From a phage: a DNA stretch of 64,000 nucleotides. The first letter of the stretch is position 1; each line of letters starts with the position of its first letter. A program made the position numbers and the translations under genes. Below the pieces are notes generated by a model that searched no databases, was not told the DNA's origin, and saw only the letters and a list, made by a program, of their open reading frames with translations. Shown here one piece after another: positions 1 through 8,621 of the stretch. The stretch lies in assembly GCA_025823825.1 (NCBI GenBank), contig GCA_025823825.1_4720.1. One strand, 5' to 3'.

Positions 1-1025
1 TAGTTCAATACATTTCCTAACCCAACCTGAGCCTTGGTTACCCCATGTGGGTTATTGGTGTTGCCGGTATGGGTTGTCAACGTAGCGTTAACGTTATCGA
101 TACGCGTGCTTAAGCCATCGGTGATTGCTTTGATTGCGGCTCGTACGCCCGCTGGTGTTGTGTACAGATTTGTGGCCGTACCGGTAATGGTTGTATTACT
201 ATCAGCTACACCGTAGTTCTCAACGTTTCCGAGTCCCACCTGGGCTTTCGTTACCTTGTGTGGGTTGTTGTAGTTGCTGATGTGCGCAGCAGCACTATCA
301 CCACTCAGGTTAGCGATCATCTTACGCGTCATCGCCAACGTCATGTACAGATTTTCACCGATGGTTTCCAGATCGCTCTCGGTCGCCGTTGTGAAGTTCT
401 GAACATTCCCCAATCCAACTTGAGCCTTGGTTACCCCGTGGGGGTTATCGCGACGATTCTCGTGCTGCAGCAATGCGGTCATTGCTTTATTGAACCCTTC
501 TTCAAGCGGTTCTTTCAATGATTCGATTGCCGCCACCACATCGTCCCACGTCATTGTGTCGGTTTCGACATTATGTTGGTGGTTGATTGGTGGGAATACG
601 GAAGGAACGTCGGCAACCTTTTCCCAGAACGTAACGCGGGGATCGTAAAGGTTGTTGGCTAAAACGTTAAGAATTTGTTGTTGATCAAGTGTAAACTCAC
701 CCCCCAGTGAATAGTAGTTCAGTTGCAACTGTCCACTGAATGCGGTGTCCAACAGCATGATGGAACCGTATAATTCCAGGCCGGTCAGCGCAGCCATGGC
801 ACGGAAGGGGTGAGTGCATAAAAAGTCAACGCCTTCTTCCAGATACGCGTTTGTTTCATGGTTGTAGATCTTTAACCCATTACGGAAATATGGCGCGTAT
901 TTAGGAACGAGAAAGTTAAATCCGGTCCCCGTGGAAGGACGGACAGTGACGAGTTCTTCTGGAACCCATGCGCCATCCAAATTCCCCTGCGGGTTATACG
1001 GAAGGCGTTTAATTTCATCTGTCAT
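1..1025 (-). CDS. tail fibre protein, N-terminal ~340 aa (gene continues past window start)
   Basis: Manual translation from ATG at 1025-1023: MTDEIKRLPYNPQGNLDGAWVPEEL...; three copies of NPH[GK]VTKAQVGLGNV; absent from ORF track because the frame runs off the window edge. Confidence 0.6.
   Translation of the reverse strand, partial: MTDEIKRLPYNPQGNLDGAWVPEELVTVRPSTGTGFNFLVPKYAPYFRNGLKIYNHETNAYLEEGVDFLCTHPFRAMAALTGLELYGSIMLLDTAFSGQLQLNYYSLGGEFTLDQQQILNVLANNLYDPRVTFWEKVADVPSVFPPINHQHNVETDTMTWDDVVAAIESLKEPLEEGFNKAMTALLQHENRRDNPHGVTKAQVGLGNVQNFTTATESDLETIGENLYMTLAMTRKMIANLSGDSAAAHISNYNNPHKVTKAQVGLGNVENYGVADSNTTITGTATNLYTTPAGVRAAIKAITDGLSTRIDNVNATLTTHTGNTNNPHGVTKAQVGLGNVLN
21..450 (-). repeat. 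three ~45-nt in-frame coding repeats (approx 21-65, 211-275, 399-450) encoding the NPH-VTKAQVGLGNV fibre repeat
   Basis: Near-identical DNA segments ...gagccttggttacc(c/t)(c/t)(a/g)tgtgggtt... seen three times within the partial tail-fibre CDS. Confidence 0.7.
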
Positions 1026-1092
1026 GATGCGCCCTTTACAAGTTGTTAGTAAGTATGGGATACCCTGGGGTATCCTGTGTTAACAGCGGTAA

Positions 1093-1100
1093 AATATTAC
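1093..1100 (+). promoter_or_regulatory. AATATTAC motif about 30 nt upstream of the 1130 start (candidate phage promoter)
   Basis: aaaatattactgtaactataaaataagggggcctctccc then ATG. Confidence 0.3.
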
Positions 1101-1129
1101 TGTAACTATAAAATAAGGGGGCCTCTCCC

Positions 1130-2410
1130 ATGTATACATTGGTAAAAACTTACGGGTTACCCGTAGGTTCTGGCACGGCCTGGACAGCGCTTGAGGCGGG
1201 TGAAAGTGTCCTGAGTACGTTGTTCTCAACGTATCAAAAACTCAAGATCCAGGTCCACGAAAGCTATGCTGACCAGCAACAAGTTATTGATCTGTACACA
1301 TTTCAATCCGAGCTTCAAAACAGCAGCGATACGCTCAATGCGTGGTTGAAAGCGAAATCGGATGCGCATACCAACCTTCGTGGACAGCCCGGCGAGCTGT
1401 CGATTAAAACCCACAAGCTTTATTGTCACGACGCTATTACTGTAGGCTTTCTCCCTAAAGTCGGTAATAGTGGCTATCATCCGAGCAACGCGATCCCTGA
1501 GTCGGAACGCACTGATATCCTGTTGACGAAAGCGAATACGAATTACGAAAATATCGGCAAACACTGCTTGTTCACCGTAGGCGGTTATGTTCATCCTCAT
1601 GTTTACGGTAAAGACGTTGGTGTCTATATCCAGGGCGGGTTCAAGACGGCACAGCGCGGCCAAGAAAACGATATCGGCATGATTGATTTTAGCCGTATCG
1701 GGAGTTTGGAAATTCATGCTATCACAGAAGAGATGATTGCTGATTCCACGAAGCTCTTGCCGTATAAGGACGAGATGTATTTACGGCTACCGCGCAAGGT
1801 CGCCGAAGATGAAACCGTCGCGCTGGTGTTCGGGGGATATTTACATCTTCTTGACGATTGTTACACGATCGTTAGCGACACGACGGCGAAAATAAACTGC
1901 ATTAACATGTTTCTCTATGAACGATACTTCCGTTCCCGTAAATACCTTGATCTAACATCTCTTGGTATTCTGTTGAACGAAGAAGACCCACAGTCCGACA
2001 TTGTTGCCAATCGTTTATTGTCCGATAAAGCATTAAAAGCGTGGGTGACGCATCCTTGCAGTTTCTGGGTGTATATCAAAGCAACATCAATTCAGGTTAC
2101 GCAAGAACCTTTACCACGAAGTGGTGTACCAGGACAATATTTCTTAGGTAAGAAACCGGAAGGATTGATTCGAGCCGATCTTGGTGAGTTACCGGCTTAC
2201 GTGCAGACCTATGAAAAACCGTTATGGGTACTTCACTCGCGCTGGGGACTTCGTAAGAATATGTTGTTTGAAAATACGTTGTACAAACATACCCGCGTTA
2301 AGCGACTTAACGATACGCCTTATCTTCACCAGGTTTGGTTGGAAACGCATGCAACGTTGCAGACAGTACACAAGCTCGAATTGATCGATTCCAGTCAGAA
2401 AAACAAATAA
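1130..2410 (+). CDS. hypothetical protein (426 aa)
   Basis: Long ORF, ATG start, SD-like aaggggg upstream, AATATTAC motif about 30 nt upstream; ends at hairpin element. Confidence 0.7.
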   Translation: MYTLVKTYGLPVGSGTAWTALEAGESVLSTLFSTYQKLKIQVHESYADQQQVIDLYTFQSELQNSSDTLNAWLKAKSDAHTNLRGQPGELSIKTHKLYCHDAITVGFLPKVGNSGYHPSNAIPESERTDILLTKANTNYENIGKHCLFTVGGYVHPHVYGKDVGVYIQGGFKTAQRGQENDIGMIDFSRIGSLEIHAITEEMIADSTKLLPYKDEMYLRLPRKVAEDETVALVFGGYLHLLDDCYTIVSDTTAKINCINMFLYERYFRSRKYLDLTSLGILLNEEDPQSDIVANRLLSDKALKAWVTHPCSFWVYIKATSIQVTQEPLPRSGVPGQYFLGKKPEGLIRADLGELPAYVQTYEKPLWVLHSRWGLRKNMLFENTLYKHTRVKRLNDTPYLHQVWLETHATLQTVHKLELIDSSQKNK

Positions 2411-2415
2411 CCAAA

Positions 2416-2458
2416 CATAACCCTCCTCCAACCCATCAGGGAAGGAGGAGGGAATATG
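2416..2458. terminator. conserved palindromic hairpin element, copy 1 (between convergent genes)
   Basis: cata-aCCCTCCTCC-aaccc-atca-gggaa-GGAGGAGGG-aatatg. Confidence 0.6.
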
Positions 2459-2461
2459 CTG

Positions 2462-3367
2462 TTATGCTACATATAACGTTAGATAACCGTCGATGAGCGT
2501 ATTCATCACACTGAGTTGAAGTACGACAGCTTTACTAACATCCGTACGTACACCAAACGGGAGTGTTTTGAATTGCTCTGGATCGGCTATTACTTTCGCG
2601 TTCTGCAAGTTGAGTGGTCCAGGCATTGACGACAATACCCAGCGATCGTTGACCATAAGGCCGTCGATCTCTTCAGAGAGACCCAATTGCAGTGCGTTCA
2701 TTTCTGCGATTAGTGCCTCCGATTGCGTATCACCTGAGGTTAACGTATACCCATCGGTAAGTGACGCCAGAACACCAGCAGATACGAACCAGTTGTACGA
2801 AACAATAGCGCCTGGGAGTTTACTGCTATCTCGATCGATGATATAATTCAACCCAGCCAACATATTGTTGCGAACGAGGTTGTTGAGGTCGTTATGTCCT
2901 GAAGTTAACTCAACAAGTAATTGACCAACCCATACTTGGTTACCGGGTTTAGGTGTTATCGCAACCTGTATCGGTGACCTGGACTTATCCAGATCCGCGT
3001 CGACAATCTCGGTTTTGTTGAGAAGGATACCGTACGTCGATGCTAAGACAGGTAGGATCTCAGAGACCTTGGTTAATGCATCTAAGGTTTCGATCTCGAT
3101 GGGCCAGTGGTGCTGTCCGCCAGACCAAGTACCCAGTTTACCAAGATCGATGCGGTTATAATAGATGTCGACAGAGTTCACCAGCCCTGAACCAGGTTGG
3201 GGATGCACGGTTAACTTGCTGTTACGCTTGTACCCTGTGCTTTCAGAAGCTTCACCGATAACCAGTTTATCCAGCGTTACGCCTCGAGCATCGAAATCGC
3301 TATGCTTTCGAATCAGCCGAAAGAGGATTTCTTTCGATTCTAACCCCAGGATTTCACTGTACTCCAT
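2462..3367 (-). CDS. virion/fibre-associated protein, paralog family F member 1
   Basis: 301-aa ORF; shares YKRN..., YY(N/D)RI..., TDRWVL...NL(Q/Y)NAKV motifs with 4284-5135 and 5146-6081. Confidence 0.65.
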   Translation of the reverse strand: MEYSEILGLESKEILFRLIRKHSDFDARGVTLDKLVIGEASESTGYKRNSKLTVHPQPGSGLVNSVDIYYNRIDLGKLGTWSGGQHHWPIEIETLDALTKVSEILPVLASTYGILLNKTEIVDADLDKSRSPIQVAITPKPGNQVWVGQLLVELTSGHNDLNNLVRNNMLAGLNYIIDRDSSKLPGAIVSYNWFVSAGVLASLTDGYTLTSGDTQSEALIAEMNALQLGLSEEIDGLMVNDRWVLSSMPGPLNLQNAKVIADPEQFKTLPFGVRTDVSKAVVLQLSVMNTLIDGYLTLYVA

Positions 3368-3382
3368 TTAACACCTCTTAGG

Positions 3383-4267
3383 TTACGGTAGGATTTCTGC
3401 GCCCGTCGGGCCTGCCTTACGAGCTTCCAACGCACCAAGGTCGTATTTCAGTGTCAGCGTATCGTTGGTGGTATAAAGGTTGTGGTAAGTCGAAATCAGA
3501 TCGGTAACCTGCGCGCCGACGATTTCGTTCATGTCGAAGGTAGAACCTTGACCATCATCAGCACGAACGATTTTATCGCCAGCAGAGACCATCCCAATTT
3601 CAGAAATAACCGCGTACTCTTCACCACCTTCTGTGAGTTTAGCCACATTGAGATATTCGTTAATATCCCATGGCGTCCAAACCAAAGAGACTTTACAGCT
3701 GTAGTCGTAGTACTCCCCGGTCGCTACCAGAATTCCGGTTGTTGGAATATCCGGTCGGGCGGGGTTGAGGTTCGCGTCGGTTGGATGCCATTCGATGGTC
3801 TGAGCGACGCCGTCGACGTATTTGGTATAACGCATGGAGCGGACAACGTTATCGAAATCGATGCGACGACCGTAATAACAGATATACTTTTTACCGCTTT
3901 CCAGTGTCTCAATACGACGTAACCCAAATTTAGCGCGTTCGTCTGTGGTTAAGTCGTTACCAACCTCACGCATTACGAAAGGTTTGATTTTCCACGGTGA
4001 AAGATCGCTTGCTTCGTGAGCGATCGGCATCGAGGAAGGGATACCGTTAGCGTTGCGGATGAATTCGTGACCCTGGTTGCCGATACAGAAGTAACGTACA
4101 GCAGGATTACCCTCGGGGTAAACCTTTGATTGAATCTGAAGCTTTTCATTCAAGGTGCTGTGTTCTTCCCACGCATGAGGAAGACCGAGCGTAAGGTTAG
4201 TTTGTACTTGACCGCCGATAATCGTACGGACGATACGATCGGTAGCACGGATTTGTGTAGAAGCCAT
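3383..4267 (-). CDS. hypothetical protein (294 aa)
   Basis: Long ORF in tight tandem with neighbours. Confidence 0.65.
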   Translation of the reverse strand: MASTQIRATDRIVRTIIGGQVQTNLTLGLPHAWEEHSTLNEKLQIQSKVYPEGNPAVRYFCIGNQGHEFIRNANGIPSSMPIAHEASDLSPWKIKPFVMREVGNDLTTDERAKFGLRRIETLESGKKYICYYGRRIDFDNVVRSMRYTKYVDGVAQTIEWHPTDANLNPARPDIPTTGILVATGEYYDYSCKVSLVWTPWDINEYLNVAKLTEGGEEYAVISEIGMVSAGDKIVRADDGQGSTFDMNEIVGAQVTDLISTYHNLYTTNDTLTLKYDLGALEARKAGPTGAEILP

Positions 4268-4283
4268 GTCTTTTCCTATTTAA

Positions 4284-5135
4284 TCAGTTATATTGCATCA
4301 ACAGGATACCGCCGTAGTTCGTGCAGTAATCTTGGCTAAGCGTAACGATAACAGCGTTAGCGAACGCGGGGTTAACAGGATAACCCTGTGCGATAAGTTC
4401 TGTTGTTTTACCGGTTGCAAGCACGGTGGCTCCGTAAAGGTTGTTTTCGTCTTCACGGCCGTTATAAACCCACGGGGTTGGTGCAACGTTGTTGAATAAG
4501 CTAACCAATGCGCTTAAGTTACCACCAACTTTTAACCCAGCAAGATCGGAACGGATCGCTGTACAGTCTATAGCGTAACTGTAGACCAGTGCCTGGATAC
4601 GATTTGCGGTGTAGTACGGGAAATTGAGACCGGTCATCACCGTGGTCTTCATCATCCCCGCAATATCGTGGGCACTATCGAGAAGATAGAACGTAACGCT
4701 CCCCGTCCAAGCCAATCCGGTTGTTTTCAATTCTACGGTGTGTGGGAACGGATATTCATCGCCTCGTACAATCGGAGAATCGACGCAGCTATCCTGATCG
4801 ATAACGATACCGTACGTTGATTGAATCAGAGGGATAAGATCGTGTGTCGTTTTAACCCCGGCATCGATAGCAAGCTTCGGTTCCATCCCCAAGAAGAAGT
4901 CTTGAATAGGGATACGATCGTACCACACGTAGCTGCTTTCACGGTATTGTGCTGGTGTTACTGTTGCCGAAGGCGATACTTTCGCGCGGGTGTTCCGTTT
5001 ATACGCATGGTTTCCGTTTTCAGCAACATCCGTGATATCAAGTGCATCGAAGTTAAAGTCGAAGTCAGGATTGGCTGCCTGAATAAGTTCAGCGACCAGT
5101 ACTTTAGGACTTTTGTTTAACAATTTCTGACTCAT
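4284..5135 (-). CDS. virion/fibre-associated protein, paralog family F member 2
   Basis: 283-aa ORF; shares AYKRNT, LAWTGSV and C-terminal motifs with 2462-3367 and 5146-6081. Confidence 0.65.
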   Translation of the reverse strand: MSQKLLNKSPKVLVAELIQAANPDFDFNFDALDITDVAENGNHAYKRNTRAKVSPSATVTPAQYRESSYVWYDRIPIQDFFLGMEPKLAIDAGVKTTHDLIPLIQSTYGIVIDQDSCVDSPIVRGDEYPFPHTVELKTTGLAWTGSVTFYLLDSAHDIAGMMKTTVMTGLNFPYYTANRIQALVYSYAIDCTAIRSDLAGLKVGGNLSALVSLFNNVAPTPWVYNGREDENNLYGATVLATGKTTELIAQGYPVNPAFANAVIVTLSQDYCTNYGGILLMQYN

Positions 5136-5145
5136 TGTTTATTCC

Positions 5146-6081
5146 TTAGCCTTGTTCTTCTGGAGAACGACCCTGGAGGCTTGCGGTATGTCCGTCGACG
5201 TTGTAATAGAAAATCAATGGACCGCCAACGGCAGTACAGTAGTTTTCATCCAGACTGATCTCGATACCGTATTGGTAACCTGCTCTTGCTGGAATACGTC
5301 CGCCTAACTCACCGTTGAAAGCCACTTTAGCATTATACAGGTTATACGGTGCGACATTGTCGTCTAATACCCAACGATCGGTAGTCATTTCAGCCAGAAG
5401 ATCGGCAACCACCACATCGCTAATAACTGTACCTGTTACCAGCGAAGCCAGCAGTTCACCGTAATCAGAGGTATCACGACTGTAACTGTAAATCTCACCG
5501 CTAGCGCGTACGCCTTGACCAAAGAACTTAAGACCATCCAGCTCCTTGATCGCGATAATATCATCAAGATTCGGTACACGCGACTTCATCAAGATACGAA
5601 CGCTCCCCGTCCAAGCCAGGCAGTTAGATGCGACACGAAGCAATTGTCCGTTAACAGTATCCCAGTTAAGTTCGTCGTTGACGATTTCTTCCGCGGTAAG
5701 ACCAAGACCGAAACGTTCTTTGATGATAGGCCAGATATCACGCATCTTGGCGGCGTCTGGCGCATCGATAAGAATAGGAGCTACGTTACGCAGATACGCA
5801 CCGATGTTAATACGGTCGTAATACAGTGTCGTCGAACCTTCGTAATCGTCTAACTCGGTAAGCTTAGCGGTTGCTGTCGCCGTAATCTGGGTGTCGCGCT
5901 CATAGGCGCTTTGGTTGGTGGTTGGTGTTCCTAAAACCAATAATTCAGGGGTTAGGATATGCTCTCCGTTCTGAGGTGGGTTATCGTGGTTGATAAGACC
6001 ATACACGAGATCGGATGAGGGTAAAGAGACGTCGACCGGGTAAAGTTCGGTGTCGTCAATAGTTGTTACCGTATCACTCAC
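5146..6081 (-). CDS. virion/fibre-associated protein, paralog family F member 3
   Basis: 311-aa ORF; LYYDRINIG, LAWTGSV, TDRWVLDDNVAPYNLYNAKV shared with family. Confidence 0.65.
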   Translation of the reverse strand: MSDTVTTIDDTELYPVDVSLPSSDLVYGLINHDNPPQNGEHILTPELLVLGTPTTNQSAYERDTQITATATAKLTELDDYEGSTTLYYDRINIGAYLRNVAPILIDAPDAAKMRDIWPIIKERFGLGLTAEEIVNDELNWDTVNGQLLRVASNCLAWTGSVRILMKSRVPNLDDIIAIKELDGLKFFGQGVRASGEIYSYSRDTSDYGELLASLVTGTVISDVVVADLLAEMTTDRWVLDDNVAPYNLYNAKVAFNGELGGRIPARAGYQYGIEISLDENYCTAVGGPLIFYYNVDGHTASLQGRSPEEQG

Positions 6082-6140
6082 GGTGACCTCCTCGCCAGGA
6101 ATTAGATAAAAAAGACTTTACGATTTGCTGCGCTATCACG

Positions 6141-8621
6141 TTAAACGTCCTCGATAGGCAAAGGTTTAACAATCAAACGATTGAGCGGATTCGATAGACG
6201 CATACTGATAGGCTTATACGCAACATGATTCGTCTCACTTAGAGCCACTGATCTGAAACGACCGTTCAACCGTTTGTAAATCGGTTCTATCCAGAGACCT
6301 CGAAGATCACGTTTACGGAAACGTTGTTCGAACGGTTTGATTGGGGTTACGGTTAACCCACGCAACGACTCTGATGGCAGACGCTCACGAAGGTCGCGTG
6401 GTGCCCGACCTGGGAACGGTGCAAGCCACAAACCATCGAGCGGATTTTTACGGAAACGCAACGAGACAGGATCGCTAATGACTTGTGCCCAATATTGCGT
6501 ACTGAATCGAACGGTTTGGGTGTTCTCGTAACCACTACAATCACACCAGGTTGGTTTCGGAGGCGCTTCCAAACTTTCAACCGCCGATTCACGCCAGTTC
6601 GTCATCGGGTTGTTATCATGTACGAATTTGATAACTTCCGTAGCCTGGTTATCCGTATCATGAACGTTTGCCTGTGCCCAGTCTTCCCACAGTTCTTCAC
6701 TACCACTTACTAAACTCGAACCGAGACGAACGGCGATTTTATTTAGTGGTTTGATTGGGTCACTGTTGATTGTCTGGATAAAATGGATGGTGTAACTGCT
6801 CAATGTCTTAAGCAGCTGCAGCATTCCGTATTGAATATCCTTAAGACTGGTGACATCTTCCAAATCCTGGCCGGTGGCCTTTGTGAAGATATCGAGAGCC
6901 AGAATACCCGCCTCTTCTTGACTGATTGCGTCAAGCTCCCAATCCATCGATAAGAACCATTCCTTGTAAAGCTGTCCAATACCGAAGTCGACACCAACAT
7001 CCATGTAGAAGTTTTCAACGATTGCTTCAGCCATGCCTCGAGCTTGATAATGTTCTTGGAGCTGATACATGAACTGATGGCGACGCCAGCCCTGGTAAAT
7101 CTCGGTAACGGCGCTCAGAAACTCTTCAGTACTGACGACAGCACGCAGCGTCACTTGCTTATCCAAACACCACCAGATCAGTTTATCGGGAATGATAGCA
7201 GGATCGGTAATGCTACGGAGATGGTCGAATGTCGGTAGCGTTAACACCCTGACGTGGTTAGCATGGATCTTAGGTACTTCAATCAGCGTCATGCCCATCG
7301 AATAGTTCAGCAAATACAAGAACAGCTTGTATGCATCTTTCATCGACATCGTCATGGTATCACCCGTCACCGGGTTGGTTGTCGTTAACCGTGACTGATA
7401 CATGCCTATCGCGCTAAGATGAATCCATTCGTTCAGCAGGAAATCATACTTAGGATACAGTTCACTGTCTGTAAGGTCTTCGGCTTCACTTTCCAACACC
7501 TTGGTCGTTAAGGTATTGTTGTCATGCATCGACATCTTCTCTATCGTGCGGTTAAGCTCGGTATAATACTCCGCTTCGTTATCCCGCGCTAGAGGGAACT
7601 GTTGCTGCATCACGGTGGTGACCTTACGTCTTACCGTGCCATTACCGACGATCTCTTGAAGGTTAAGCGGTTTACGCTCCATGTAAACTGCGGGTTTTAA
7701 CGTCTGGGGTATCTCGGAAGCGTCTTGTTTGATCGAGAACGCACCGATTGGAATTCCACGATCGGTTAATACCTTTTGAATGAGCTTATCGTAGTTTTCC
7801 GTTCTGCCCATGTTTCTTTCAACGTAAGCGATGTTACGATAGAACCAGAGCATTTGGGATTCGGTCATGTATCGCTTGAATCGATCGAGACCTTGATGGC
7901 TTGCCAGATAACTCCAGATATGGAAGCTATGGGCATAATGGGTATGACAGTTTTCCCAACGAATACCTTTTATCATCTCAGGTATTTGTGTGAATAGGAT
8001 GGCGTATAGCGCAGGCCAATGAAGCATATCGACGCTCTCATATGCCGGATGTTCCCAGCGTCTGAAGTAATCGTCGATTTCTTGCTGTAAACGTGGAATA
8101 AGATTGGCCTCGCGTGACTCAACCTCTTGTGTATCGTACCAGAGAATCTCATGATTGCGTGCCGCAATTGCTTTCTCGATATCGATGGGGTTAAGGATAC
8201 CCAAGATCAACATACGTTGTTCCGGGTACCGCGCAATTAAACGATTGAAATAATCTCCACCATACGCGTATTCCCTTGCCGTCATGCGATGCCGTAACAT
8301 GTTTTCCTTGGTGAACTCGATCTCTTCGAGCGTATCCAGGGAATTTACGGTCATCATTGTCTGACAAGGATGATACTCGCCAGCGAGATTCATGTAGTAT
8401 AACCACGTGCGTGGGTCGTCCCCGACGGCCATCTGGTAGACTTCGGAAACCTTGAGGTTTAACCGTTCTGCCGTGATGTCGCTTTTAATAATCAGGGTGT
8501 CCGTTAGACGCTGCACGCTTTCCGAATAAAGCTGATAGTCAGTGTTGGACACGATCGGTCCTCCAAGGAGCCAGTGTAAATGAACGATATAAATAAAGGG
8601 CGCGTCGCCCTCGAACGTCAA
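6141..8621 (-). CDS. large hypothetical protein (~800 aa) with C-terminal triple R(F)RK-PLDGLW repeat
   Basis: Long ORF; track start overlaps the start of the divergent gene at 8580, so true start is probably GTG near 8552 (GGAGG 7 nt upstream). Confidence 0.7.
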   Translation of the reverse strand: MTFEGDAPFIYIVHLHWLLGGPIVSNTDYQLYSESVQRLTDTLIIKSDITAERLNLKVSEVYQMAVGDDPRTWLYYMNLAGEYHPCQTMMTVNSLDTLEEIEFTKENMLRHRMTAREYAYGGDYFNRLIARYPEQRMLILGILNPIDIEKAIAARNHEILWYDTQEVESREANLIPRLQQEIDDYFRRWEHPAYESVDMLHWPALYAILFTQIPEMIKGIRWENCHTHYAHSFHIWSYLASHQGLDRFKRYMTESQMLWFYRNIAYVERNMGRTENYDKLIQKVLTDRGIPIGAFSIKQDASEIPQTLKPAVYMERKPLNLQEIVGNGTVRRKVTTVMQQQFPLARDNEAEYYTELNRTIEKMSMHDNNTLTTKVLESEAEDLTDSELYPKYDFLLNEWIHLSAIGMYQSRLTTTNPVTGDTMTMSMKDAYKLFLYLLNYSMGMTLIEVPKIHANHVRVLTLPTFDHLRSITDPAIIPDKLIWWCLDKQVTLRAVVSTEEFLSAVTEIYQGWRRHQFMYQLQEHYQARGMAEAIVENFYMDVGVDFGIGQLYKEWFLSMDWELDAISQEEAGILALDIFTKATGQDLEDVTSLKDIQYGMLQLLKTLSSYTIHFIQTINSDPIKPLNKIAVRLGSSLVSGSEELWEDWAQANVHDTDNQATEVIKFVHDNNPMTNWRESAVESLEAPPKPTWCDCSGYENTQTVRFSTQYWAQVISDPVSLRFRKNPLDGLWLAPFPGRAPRDLRERLPSESLRGLTVTPIKPFEQRFRKRDLRGLWIEPIYKRLNGRFRSVALSETNHVAYKPISMRLSNPLNRLIVKPLPIEDV

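Noticed and set aside
34-648. Three short plus-strand ORFs at the left edge (34-216, 258-521, 427-648)
   Set aside because: They are antisense to the partial tail-fibre gene, whose minus-strand translation gives a clean repeat-containing protein.
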